The notes: generated by a model not told the origin, from the sequence alone. DNA of 63,490 nt, filler included, from Collodictyon triciliatum (GCA_043381765.1; 6 parts of 6 records of this genome joined end to end with filler, not necessarily neighbours in it); one strand, 5' to 3'. Shown: positions 15,101-26,301, numbered from the whole stretch's first letter. Translations and numbers: made by a program.

Positions 15101-16456
15101 TTCCAAAGGGACACCCACAAGCGAGCCACATCCGTAGAAGGTGGCTGCATGATTGCGCACGTTGTCTGAGCCGAGACTGGTAACCGTGTAGGCAGTGGCG
15201 TATTGTGTGCTGGGATAGGACATGGGCGTGTCCATGGACGCAATCACGCCGCTGCTGAAGCCAAGCACATGAATCATTTCGTGGGCCATGACATAGGCCA
15301 TCTGCCGCTCATATCCGCTGCCTTGCACGACAGAATCCAGAATGTGCAGCCCGACATTCATGAGCCCCATGATCGGCCGGCCTGTGGATCCGTCATACAC
15401 ACACGAGGCTGCATAGGCTAGGACGCCCGATGGGGTTGGACGCCCGCCCACAAGGATGACGAGATCCACGTTTTGTGGGCCCCTGTTTGTACGATATCGG
15501 TTGGGAATGGACATGCCGACACAGGAGGCCAGTGCAGTCTGAATGAGCGACTGCAGCGGCACTGAGACTAGCAGAGCGTCCTGGATAATTTCAGCAGCCA
15601 TGGGGAAGAGGCGGCTCTCCAGGAGAGAGACTTTGTTTGATGTCACAGAGTTTGAGCCGGTGCATTCTACTATTGCAGTGTTTCCTCCTGTTGTTACAAC
15701 GACTGAGCCTGTGGCTGTAATCGTGGGTGAGATGAGATGAGATGAGATGAGATGAATTGAGATGAGATGAGATGATAAGATATGATATGAGATGATATGA
15801 TATGATATGATATGAGATGAGATGAGATGAGATGAGATGAGATGAGATGAGATGAGATGAGATGAGATGAGATGAGATGAGATGAGATGAGATGAGATGA
15901 GATGAGATGAGATGAGATAACTGAGATAATGCTTTGGTTACATAGTACATCAACGAACCTGTGTAACAGGTGGATGGGTCGTAGTTTGTGGAAGTCAAAG
16001 GTGTAGTATCGAAGTAGATTCGCAGCTTTGAAGGCGTTGCTTTCTGAGATGGTTGAGTTCATAAACAGATCAGTCATTATACCTCAACACATCTGCATGG
16101 GCAGTAGAGGTTCGATTAAGGGTCTTGCATAAGTAGCTGAACAGTAAGATATAGAGGGTACAAAAACTGGTTATCAACAATCAAGAGTCAGAGCTCTTTC
16201 TGTGCCACAATCAGAGTATATTACAAATCATGCTGCAGACCTTTGCGGTCTGCGACTTTGCCCAGCGGGATCGAACAGAGGGATCGCCCTTTGGGAACTC
16301 CAAAGCCGAGTGTATGCAAGTGTGAGACAACTCTGTCGCGTTGGACACTCTCTTTTGCACGGGGTGCGCGATCATTGGGGAGGCCAGAGCCGTCGATGCG
16401 AGGCCCAAGAGGAAAACCCCCGCGAGATAAGTAGCCCACGCGCGAGTTACTTTCAT
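12180..16456 (-). CDS. Leishmanolysin/GP63-family (peptidase M8) zinc metalloprotease, multi-exon, predicted type I membrane protein
   Basis: Signal peptide (MKVTRAWATYLAGVFLLGLASTALA), pro-peptide cysteine switch HTCIH, GVLAYA..C..GRPIMG, zinc motif HEMIHVLGFS, LEDSGGSGSAGSHWEKR, Met-turn EIMS and Cys-rich C-terminal exons. The last exon encodes a hydrophobic segment plus basic tail and ends TAA at 12180-12182. Confidence 0.92.
15728..15918. repeat. (GAGAT)n microsatellite in a leishmanolysin intron
   Basis: Directly visible. Confidence 0.95.
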
Positions 16457-17044
16457 GCGACCAAGGCGCGTCTATCTTCCTTGGGTGATAAATGAATGAA
16501 TTAAACAATCAATCAATAAGGAAATAAATAAGCAAATCAGTAAATAACTCAGTATATAACTCAATAAATAAATAGAAACGAAAGACACAATAATATGTAC
16601 CAAAAAAACAAGAAAAGAAAAGAAAAGAAAAGAAAAGAAAAGAAAAGAAAAGAAAAGAAAAGAAAAGAAAAGATCAGGAAAAAGAAAAAGAAAAGAAAAA
16701 GAATAAGGCCGCTGGGCGAAGCGCCCGAACAGGAATCGATGTTGGGTTTGAGTTTTCCGTCGCTGGTTTTGATGATCCGAGAAAGAAAAAAAGACTAATT
16801 CAACGATGAAAAGAGGAAAAAAGTGGGAAACGCACTTGTCCATCCATATATGGTATGATTACACATGTTCTGATAAGTCCGGTTTGGCCTTCTGCCGGAA
16901 AGGATGTGTTCTGTAAGGCCTATGACGCACGAGTAGACAAACGACAGGAAGGGCATCAAAGACAAAACAGGAGTATGATTTTGGAAGAAGGATAAAGTGA
17001 GACACCAAGGCGCCGGATACACACCGCACGATATTTTGTCAACA

Positions 17045-17200
17045 ATTCCCCTTTAAATGTAATTTCATGCCACTTTACATTTGTAACTAGGAGTATACCA
17101 TCCTTCGATGGGTTAACCTGTTCTGCTAGTATCCAAGGTCTCCCCACTTTTTTCACAAAGATTGTGTAGTGGTGAAGGCTTCCAGGAAAGACCCGACAGC
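17045..17200 (-). ncRNA. Putative Fanzor omega-RNA scaffold / element right end
   Basis: Cluster of stems overlapping the ORF 3' end: 17185-17193 with 17137-17145 (9 bp including G-U), 17168-17172 with 17144-17148, 17162-17166 with 17154-17158, 17126-17130 with 17086-17090, CCAUC-GAAG-GAUGG (17098-17111), and an 8-bp stem 17075-17082 with 17055-17062. The position matches known TnpB/Fanzor omega-RNAs. Confidence 0.5.
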
Positions 17201-18536
17201 ATATTGTTTTTTAAAGAAAGATGTATGCTTATTTTGAAGGATTAAAAGAACTTTCTTGAGTATATTTTTAGCGCTGTTAAAGTCCCTTGTCAAGAATACA
17301 GTTTGCTTGCTTTCTGAGCGATTGCATTCTTTACATATGAGACATATATACAGCTTTTTTGAATTACCTTTCAGTTTCATATACCCAGTTCTTTTTCGCA
17401 GTTGCAGCACATCTTGGAGGTTCTAAATTCATCTACATTAACTGTTTCAAAACGTTTGGATAGTATTTTTCGTAATCCTCTTCCGATTGTTGGCATAAAA
17501 TGTTTCATCTGACATTTTCTGCTCCAGTCTCCATACGCCAGTACAACGTCCTTGCCAAATGTCTTTTCGATTCGGTCCATAAGCAACTGTTCGCTTCTTT
17601 TTGTATTAACATAGTGTCTCCGTTTCATCTTTCGAAAAGTCATTTGTTCATAAAATATGGATAATTCTACCTGGCATCTTGATTTCATAGATACACATTT
17701 TCGAATTTTTTCATAATCGACCGTGCATGAATTATGTTTACTCGGTTTTGTCTCTAAATCGATTAAAGATATTCTTGATGTCTCAAACCGCTGATTCTCT
17801 TCAAAAGTCATGCGACCAAAAGAAACAGCACTTTGTAAACCTGTTGCCATATATATATCCGTGAAGCATCGTACTTTTCTTTTTTTCTTGCAAGAGTATT
17901 TTGTGATTTTTAAGATATTTGCTGTCATGTCTTGTTTGGTGTGCCGTGTAACGGAACTTCTTACCTGTCTCATCCACCATGTAAACAAAATTAAACTTGC
18001 CTGCATCAATCCAACTATTTTTTTTTTGTCGCTAATAAAGATAACTGCTCTTCGGAAAGTTCATCTATATATACATATTCTTGGATTTTTGTTTATATTT
18101 GATTCTTGAATTTGAAATGCGTTTCTTTTCAAACAATAATGACACCACCAAGCCTTCTGTTTGTATCGTGTATTTAAAATTGTAGTCTGATGAAAGACCC
18201 TTTTCTTCATTTCAAAGAACGTATCCCATAGTGTCTCTTTGTATCCTAATATAGTCTTCAGTAATAATGTTTTTCCAGATAATACTAATATATCTATCAA
18301 ACATGCAGCATCTAGAGTAATTTGACACGGTATATTGTTAGTTCTTATAGAGATTGGTTGAAACAGTTTGGTTCCAATGTCCTCAAAAATGCGATTCATG
18401 TAAATCAGACGTGGAATGTACTTATTTGGATTGACTTTGGCGTCATATTCTATATCTTTTACAATATCGCTGGGATGATACGATTCAGATGCATTGCAGC
18501 CCATTCTTCATATTTTCCGGTATTTCAAGATTCTTG
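17153..18536 (-). pseudogene. Fanzor1 (eukaryotic TnpB-like RNA-guided RuvC nuclease) relic, multiply frameshifted, 5' part lost in assembly gap
   Basis: Collinear motifs across shifted frames: KLFQPISIRTNNIPCQITLD; YNFKYTIQTEGLVVSLLF; YIDELSEEQL; RuvC-I IVG(I)DAGK (D 18005-18007) followed by FVYMVDETGKKFRYT; LAYGDWS; MKHFMPTIGRGLRKIL; RuvC-II VDEFRTSKMCCNC (E 17428-17430); zinc finger CKEC; RuvC-III TRDFNSAKNI (D 17282-17284). No introns seen. Confidence 0.88.
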
Positions 18537-18636
18537 NNNNNNNNNNNNNNNNNNNNNNNNNNNNNNNNNNNNNNNNNNNNTTAATTAATTAANNNNNNNN
18601 NNNNNNNNNNNNNNNNNNNNNNNNNNNNNNNNNNNN
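18537..18636. other. Artificial contig spacer N-TTAATTAATTAA-N (also at 37212, 51229, 59668 and 62171)
   Basis: Identical palindromic 12-mer with stop codons in all six frames, always embedded in N runs. Confidence 0.95.
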
Positions 18637-19620
18637 CAAAAACAAAAACAAAAACAAAAACAAAAACAAAAACAAAAACAAAAACAAAAACAAAAACAAA
18701 AACAAAAACAAAAACAAAAACAAAAACAAAACAACAAAACAACAAAATAAATTGCATGAACTTCTGAGTAAGTATACATTATCAAATGATTCAACTGAGA
18801 GGGCGAACATCTTACGTTTCATTATGGTCCTCACAACCCAAAATTTTGTAGGGAGTATTCAAGCCGTCATTTTCGTGCTGGAAAGATTTGAAAGGAGGTT
18901 AATAATGCTTATGATATGTTTTAATGTGATTTTTTTTTGTAATATTATGAAATGAACCATAAGCAAGACTGAATAATAAATACTTAAAATTTAATAATAA
19001 TACTAATAATCATAATAACCACACCTTTATGGGAAACAATTGGCGATGTGCATCTATTAAAAAGTACACAAAAATATTATTGAAGATGCAAATGATTTTA
19101 GATTTCTAATGAGTTACACATATGTTATTAAAAAAAAACCGCGAAAAGAATTACATAAATGGTTAGAATAGATTCTTGAGTTGTGATAGACGACAAAAAA
19201 TCATCATGGTAATTCGAAATAAACCCTCGGATGGCATCTGTAGGTACTGATTTGAGCGTGAAATATGATGGTCAAGTTTCGAGAGAATGGCCAACTGCTT
19301 CCCCTCTTTAGTTCTTGAATCACCATTTAGTGCATTGTTCGCTTTTGTGGTAGTCTGTTTCCGACTGAGCGTTGAAAAGCATAGAAAAAAGGTGTGGTAA
19401 TCAGAAACGTGTGGCTATTTTTTTAATAAGAGATATGTAATTACAATATCCCAAGGAAAAAGTTTAAGAATAACGATGTACAATTCATATAAAATATGTT
19501 TTCCTTTGAACGTAAATGCGGTATAATGAACTCACGAGTTGGTGGGAGATGTGGAGTTCTCGTCCTGCTGGAAATAAAAATGGGCACAACCCAAAGCGTA
19601 TATCAAATGCAAATAGGTGG

Positions 19621-20601
19621 TTAAAAGGAGGTGAATTTCGGGTTTAATTTATTATTAAAATTTTTTTTGACATGCAAAATATGGTGGAGGGTATGAAATG
19701 AAAAAAAAAAGAAGACAAAGAAGAGGTAGATGTGGTGCCTTTGTACCGGAGTCACTTGGCTCATGGAGAGGCCACTGGGAGACCAGTAAGGAAACGCCGC
19801 GGCAGGCTGTTTCGGGGCGTGGGAGGCGGTGACGAGGGCGAGCTGCTGCTGGAGGTGCAGGATGTGTTGGTGCTGGAGCTGGATGAGGTGCTGGTGCCTG
19901 TTGAGGCTGTCCATCATCGCCTGCTGTTGCGAGCGAAGGGTGTGGAGCAGAGCGTGGTGGGAGTCCTGCTGGCGCTCGAGCCTCCGCATGTGCGCAAAGG
20001 CCCCGGCGCTGTCGAGCTCTGCGGCGTCCGGATCGGGCAGCCTGCGGGCGGGTGGGCCGTCCAGCGAGGGGGCGCGCCGCTTTGCCTTGCGCGGCGGATG
20101 CAGGCCGGGGGTGGAGACGTCAGCGACGGCTGTGGCTGTGGCTGTGGCTGCGGTTGTGGTTGTGGCTGCAGCTGTGGTTGTGGCTGTGGCGGTGTTCGCG
20201 GCGTCCGCAGAGGTCCAGGCAGGGTGCAGCAGGCTGTGGGCCGCCGTCGGGCTCAGCGCCACCAGCGGCAAGGCGCCTGCATCCGGCGCGGCCCGTGTCT
20301 CGTGCAGCGTGCGGCCAAAGAGCTCTGCCGGCCCCTCGTTCGGGTCGCGCGCGGCAAAGTCGGCACCCGCCTCGCACCCGCTTTCGCGCAGCAGCTCGCG
20401 CCACAGATCGGGCCGCGGTGCGTGAGGCGGCGGGCAGGGGCGCGGGTCCTTGTCGGGTGCGGGTCTGCGGGTGGCGTTCGGCCCGTCGCCACACTCTGCG
20501 GGCGCAGGCAGGCCGCCCTTCGTCGCCGCCTCCTCCATCTGCAGCGGGTGGCCCAGGAACGAGCCTGCCCCCGCAGAGTGTGCCGGCTGCTCGGGCTCCA
20601 T
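19621..20601 (-). CDS. GC-rich low-complexity protein (Ala/Thr/Pro tracts, Gln/His coiled coil), function unknown; probably spliced near 19755 to further exons
   Basis: 326-aa ORF with GC-rich coding-like composition and a heptad segment (LERQQDSHHALLHTLRSQQQAMMDSLNRHQHLIQLQ). A GT donor after ...MSQ is followed by AT-rich intron-like sequence. Confidence 0.55.
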   Translation of the reverse strand: MEPEQPAHSAGAGSFLGHPLQMEEAATKGGLPAPAECGDGPNATRRPAPDKDPRPCPPPHAPRPDLWRELLRESGCEAGADFAARDPNEGPAELFGRTLHETRAAPDAGALPLVALSPTAAHSLLHPAWTSADAANTATATTTAAATTTTAATATATAVADVSTPGLHPPRKAKRRAPSLDGPPARRLPDPDAAELDSAGAFAHMRRLERQQDSHHALLHTLRSQQQAMMDSLNRHQHLIQLQHQHILHLQQQLALVTASHAPKQPAAAFPYWSPSGLSMSQVTPVQRHHIYLFFVFFFFSFHTLHHILHVKKNFNNKLNPKFTSF

Positions 20602-20856
20602 CGCTGGCTCGGCGCGTCTGCGTTGGGGAGGGGGGGCGGGTTAGTCGCGGGGTCTTCGTCTGGGCCGCACGGGGTGATCGCGGTGAGTGATCGCTGTGAT
20701 GTGATGTGATGTCTATTCCTGCGTCAGTCTCTTCCACATTCGGGAAGGGTGCAGAAGGGACGGAGTGATCTGATTGTGATCTGATTGTGATTGTGTTTGT
20801 GTTTGTGTTTGTGTTGCTTTCGTATTTTATTGTCCTTCTTACTGTGTCTGCAAATG

Positions 20857-23065
20857 TCACGGCCCCGAGTCGTACCCATACCTCCGCGCCAGCGACCGTA
20901 TGGCATCGGCGATGCTCGGGTCCACCTCGTAAAGGTCATCCCAGGTCATTTGCTGCGGCCTTGCTCTGCTTCGGCCTTGCTGGATGGGCGATGCAGAGCT
21001 GGTGCGCCCGCTTGTGGCCACGCCAGTACCCAGGCGTCTGGTTTCCATCAATTTGCCCTTATTTGCAAGAGATGGAGTCCATCCAAGGATACGAACCAAT
21101 TTGTTTGGCTGGAAGTTTTCGATTTGCATTCGGTACTGTGATATCATCTCTACATGCCGATTCCAACGCAGCCAATATTCCATGGCCATTTTCATCCGCT
21201 CATGCACCGGCACACCACTGTAGTCACTTTTGCTCCACTCAGCGATATGAGACCCCTTTCGAGGTAGCGATAATTTGATGTATTTTGAAGCAAAATACCA
21301 TGAAGCTGCATCTGCCCGAGGCTGTTGCGTGAGATTGCCATGGGAGCAGAAACAAGAGCTCAAACTAGATATCGCAGCGAGCGGGTTTCGGACAAGATGG
21401 ATGATGGGGCGGAATTCCACACCCAGAAATGTTTGGTGGAGAGTCGTAATGTTTTTTGATGAAAATATAGGGTTGCTCCCCATGTATCTGCGCATAAGCT
21501 TTTCACACACTTTTGTTGGTGCTAAAGACGAGTTTGTTCGTGTGGTGATGCCAGAAAAGTCTGCTGTCCGAACGGCGTAGCTAAGAGGTTCTTCAAAAGG
21601 ATACTTTCTCGACCGGTGGGCGTACAACCACGATACAGCGCCCTGGGAACCAATCGACTCATGTTGAACATCAATTCCATGATGTAAACGCATGTCTAGA
21701 GCAACAGCGTGTGTCCCACTCCTTCCGCACCCTGTAACTAGCGGCAAGCGCAAAAGTCGACCCACAAACATGGCTGAGCGAATTGTTTTTGATAGAATTG
21801 TGGCGTCCTCGCTTTGCTTGACAGACCAATATTCGAATCCTTTGCACGCGCAGAGGCTTTGCAAACTGTATTTTTGGTCTCTTTGGTTCTTGTGGTCTCC
21901 TGATAGGTTTACTCGCTGAATAATAGCAATATTGTGTCCTTGTGGGATAACTGGTAGGAATGTAAAATCGGCATAAGAAGAAACCACGATAATCATGGAA
22001 TAGAATGGATAGCTTGATACCAATAAAGACGTAATCTTATTCCAAGCGTCATGAGCGTTTCCTAGTGCGTGGTACACAAAACGATGGGGACTTTCTGGTT
22101 GACGAGAGATCCACTTATCGTTTAAGTGACGCATGTGATCGATTATTTTTGAGGGCGTGGATGAGACAAATAGAATATGGGTTTCATGTTCACCAGTTTG
22201 ATGTGCAGATCGGTGGTGATTGGTATTGTGTTGGGGTTGTCGCAATGGAGCCAATGATGATAATTTTTTGCACAGCTTGACACCAAGCCATGCAAAGCTT
22301 ACGAGCGGAGACTGTCTTTGCTGATGAAGCCAGTTTTCAAGAGGAGATGAATTGTTTTCCAGAGAGTTTAGAACATTCCAGTCTGAGAGACGTTCGGGTT
22401 GCCACGAGACAAAAAATAGGCGGTTGATACAATATTTTGAGTCAGGAAGAAGACGTTGAATAATGACTGTTGGATACATTTGATGCAGCCATGATATATC
22501 GGCATGGATGGGAATGAGAAGAGTCAAGTTACGTTGAAGATTTCTACCGAGAACACCTGCGGCATAGATTATGGTCTGAATGGTGATTTTGTCTCGAGAT
22601 CTTTCCCTATGACCGGCCCAGCCAAGAGAATCAGCAAAGAGGGCTCTATTTAGAAAGTAATCACAGTTTCCTAGACGTCTAGGAGCAGAACCTTGGTTGG
22701 TTGCTTGCAAAACACTTTCAGCAGATACTTGGAGAGAATCAAAGATGGAAATCTGGGGATGAGTGTCGAAGGTAAAAACGATACCATTGTTATTTGTAAG
22801 GAAAGACGCATTTCGCAGGATGTTGAGATGCCTGGTGAAGTTTGAATGATTCAGGAACGAGTCGTATAAGGCTTGCTCGTGGGGGGATGTTTTGTAGATG
22901 TCCGGGTCAAGAGAATGACCCAGAATCTTCAGTGGGCGACGATCTCTAACAGAGAGGCGTTTTAAAGAAGAGAGAGTATGATTGCTGAACATGTCGAATA
23001 GTTGCTGTGTGTAGTAAGTCTCTTTGTTTGGCATACTGTCCGCTGTTGGTGGCGGGGATGTGTGC
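20857..23065 (-). CDS. Intronless protein with C-terminal PAPS-dependent sulfotransferase-like domain (5' end in or beyond gap)
   Basis: Stop-free frame of over 700 codons. 5'-PSB loop LVTGCGRSGTHAVA, then DVQHE...GAVSW, 3'-PB motif IIHLVRNPLAAISS, EYWLRWN and terminal LARRYGY. Confidence 0.7.
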
Positions 23066-23691
23066 NNNNNNNNNNNNNNNNNNNNNNNNNNNNNNNNNNN
23101 NNNNNNNNNNNNNNNNNNNNNNNNNNNNNNNNNNNNNNNNNNNNNNNNNNNNNNNNNNNNNNNNNNNNNNNNNNNNNNNNNNNNNNNNNNNNNNNNNNNN
23201 NNNNNNNNNNNNNNNNNNNNNNNNNNNNNNNNNNNNNNNNNNNNNNNNNNNNNNNNNNNNNNNNNNNNNNNNNNNNNNNNNNNNNNNNNNNNNNNNNNNN
23301 NNNNNNNNNNNNNNNNNNNNNNNNNNNNNNNNNNNNNNNNNNNNNNNNNNNNNNNNNNNNNNNNNNNNNNNNNNNNNNNNNNNNNNNNNNNNNNNNNNNN
23401 NNNNNNNNNNNNNNNNNNNNNNNNNNNNNNNNNNNNNNNNNNNNNNNNNNNNNNNNNNNNNNNNNNNNNNNNNNNNNNNNNNGTATACTTTGTTTGCTGT
23501 TTGCCGGCTACGAGTGCAGGTTTTCTACCACGCTTTGCCGCTCGCAACACCCGGACGCGCGCAGCTGTTTGGACTGACCGGACGCCTTTTGGGTGTTGAC
23601 GAACATGCGGCGAAGTGTGTGGGGTGCTGCTTGATTTATTTCAGAAATAGGGACGAAAGTCAGGGGGGAAGGCAGGGGATGCAGGGCGGGG

Positions 23692-25481
23692 TCAGTACTC
23701 AAAGTGCTCGTCGGAGGGCGCGTCCCAGGCGGGGTAACCGGAGGCGACCGAGGCGGGCGGGCGGGGATATGGCTCGCGGGTGGCGCTCGGGGCGATGCTC
23801 GGGGCGATGCTCGGGGCGTAGCTTTGGTGGCCGGAGGAGGGCGGGTGCGGGAGGTGGATGAGGGCAGGGGCAGGGGCGAAGGCGCGGGTGGTGGGCTGTG
23901 GCTGGGACAGGAACTGCAGCTGTGGCTGTGGCTGTGGCTGTGGCTGCGGCTGTGGCTGCGGCTGCGGCAGGAGCTGTGTGTGTGGCAGGGGATTGGCGGG
24001 GGCGGCAGCAAGGGCCGGGGGCAGGGGCGTGCGGATGCGGACGGTCTGGGCATCCCAGGCGGTGTCGGGCAGCTCGACGGTCTTCTCGTTGAACTCGACC
24101 AGCTTGGTCTCGACGGTGCGGGGCTGCATGACGACCTCGCGCAGGGTGACGGTGCGGGGCACAAAGACGGTCTCCTCGATCTCGACGGCGCGCTGGACCA
24201 TCTGCACAAAGGGCAGCTCGATCTCCTCCTCCACAAGGACGGTCTCGGGCACCTGGATCTGGCGCGGCACCAGGGTGGTGAGGGCCAGGTCCAGGGTGCG
24301 GGGCTGCAGCACAAGCTCGTCGACCTCGATGGTCTGGCGCAGGCGCGAGACGACGGGCACGTCCACGTCCTTGGTGACCAGGGCCGTCTCGCTGACGTCG
24401 TGCTCCCTGCGCACCATGCGCGTGACGTTGTCGGTCACCGTCTGCTTGCGCACCACCGTCTGCGCCTCCTGGATCACCTGCCGCTCCTGCGCAAGCACCG
24501 GCTCGCCCCGCTCGTTCAGCCGCGTCACGGGCACAAGCACCTCCCGCGCAACCTGCACCACCTCCGGCACGTCCACCGTCCGCGTCACCGCCACCGCCAC
24601 GGGCTCCTCCGTCACCCGCTTCCCCTGCGTCCGCACCACCTCCTGCACGCTCTTGCGCGTCGCCTGCGACACGTACCGCACAAACTCCTTCTCGCTCTTG
24701 GTCGCCACCGCCTCCTCCACCGTCACGCTGCGCGTCTCCTCCACCGGCTCCTCGATCGTCCGCGTCACCATCTTTGTCACGGGGCGCTTGATCTGTGTGC
24801 GGGGGGTGTCAGGTCAGGTCAGGTCAGGTCAGGTCATCTTGAAGGCAAGAATAAAAGAATAGCAATCATGTCATGTCAGGTCATCTTGAAGGCAAGAATA
24901 AAAGAATAGCAATCATGTCATGTCAGGTCATCTTGAAGGCAAGAATAAAAGAATAGCAATCATGTCATGTCAGGTCATCTTGAAGGCAAGAATAAAAGAA
25001 TAGCAATCATGTCATGTCAGGTCATCTTGAAGGCAAGAATAAAAGAATAGCAATCATGCCATGTCATGTCAGGTGCGCCCACCTTCTGCTTGACGTGCGT
25101 GATCACAGGCTCCTCGATGTACTCGATGCGCGTGCGCTTCTCCGGCACCTCGATGACCCGGGTCACGTTCACGACCACGGGGTACTCCACGCGGTTGCTG
25201 TACGTGCGCAACACAGGCTCCTGCTGCACAACCTCCGACGTCCCCGCAATCGGCACCTCGATCGTGTGCACCGTGTAGTGTGCTGGCTCCTCGCCCGCGC
25301 CCACGCTCGCCACAGCCACAGCCACAGGCGCCGCCCCGCTGCCCGCCCCGTACCCGCCCATGTTCATGCTCGTGCCTGTGCCTATGCCTATGCCTGCTGC
25401 CGACGACGACGACGCCGACGACGTTACCAGTGTGCGTGCGCCGCTGTACATGTATGGCGGTTGCGCCTCGTTCATCTGCAT
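23692..25481 (-). CDS. Articulin/alveolin/epiplasmin-like cortical cytoskeleton protein (V/E/P/R/T-rich repeats), 2 exons
   Basis: Exon 1 25481-25083 and exon 2 24792-23692 join in frame (VITHVKQK|IKRPVTK) across GT-AG intron 24793-25082. Repeated alternating Val/charged motifs: TIEVPI, RVEYPV, VIEVPE, TIEEPV, TVDVPE, EVLVPV, DVDVPV, QIQVPE. Gln/Pro-rich tail. Confidence 0.75.
24828..25062. repeat. 47-bp minisatellite x5 inside the articulin-like intron
   Basis: Unit GTCAGGTCATCTTGAAGGCAAGAATAAAAGAATAGCAATCATGTCAT starting at 24828, 24875, 24922, 24969 and 25016, preceded by (GTCAG)n. Confidence 0.95.
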
Positions 25482-25512
25482 TGTGGGGGTGCTGCGCTGC
25501 CTCAGTGCCTTG

Positions 25513-25790
<278 letters not shown>

Positions 25791-26301
25791 CCAAGAACAC
25801 AGACCTTAGTCACAGACTCTCGCACACACACTGCGCCCCAGCAAACTGCGGCCAACGAAATGATCGACATTGGTATGATGCGGGTTTCGAGTGTTTGAAT
25901 CTGATTGTGTCCGCATTTGGTTATTCTATTGATTTTATTCTTATCTATGCTTTTTAAGGATATTGAGTGAGAATATTTCACTCTTTCCTTCTCTGGATGA
26001 TTGGCTACCAATATCCACACGACCGTATAAAAATAAAACCCAATATCCAAACGGCTACGCGGCCTTGCCCATATAAACATGCCTGTCAAGCCGCTCGCAA
26101 GCAACAATCAACCACTATACTACACAAGCGAGATTGCGCCGCGGGCACATGTTACGTCGGGGAGGTCTAAGACACCAGAGCTCCGAAAAACGCCATAACT
26201 TGACCAGCTACACAACCCGATCCCAAACAGCTTAAACACCATCCAACCTTCGTTCTAGGTCCTCACTTCGTCCAAGTTGCAACCCCCCGTACAAACCGCC
26301 C

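Noticed and set aside
16800-18536. Transposase gene or terminal inverted repeats for the Fanzor element
   Set aside because: None is visible. The left end lies in the gap, so the carrier transposon type cannot be assigned.
18581-18592. Recurrent palindrome TTAATTAATTAA (five copies) as a biological motif or target-site duplication
   Set aside because: It is always flanked by N runs and is an artificial six-frame-stop spacer. It also means adjacency across these gaps is unproven.
20857-23861. 897-aa and other ORFs spanning the N gap 23066-23482
   Set aside because: Frame continuity through Ns is an artefact; only the sequenced part is supported.
19732-24909. Long + strand ORFs antisense to the GC-rich genes (19732-20709, 23704-24909, 23858-24862)
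   Set aside because: These are expected shadow ORFs from high GC3 codon bias, with no recognisable motifs.
24828-25062. 47-bp direct repeats as a CRISPR-like array
   Set aside because: The units are head-to-tail with no unique spacers, lie in a spliceosomal intron, and have no cas genes nearby.
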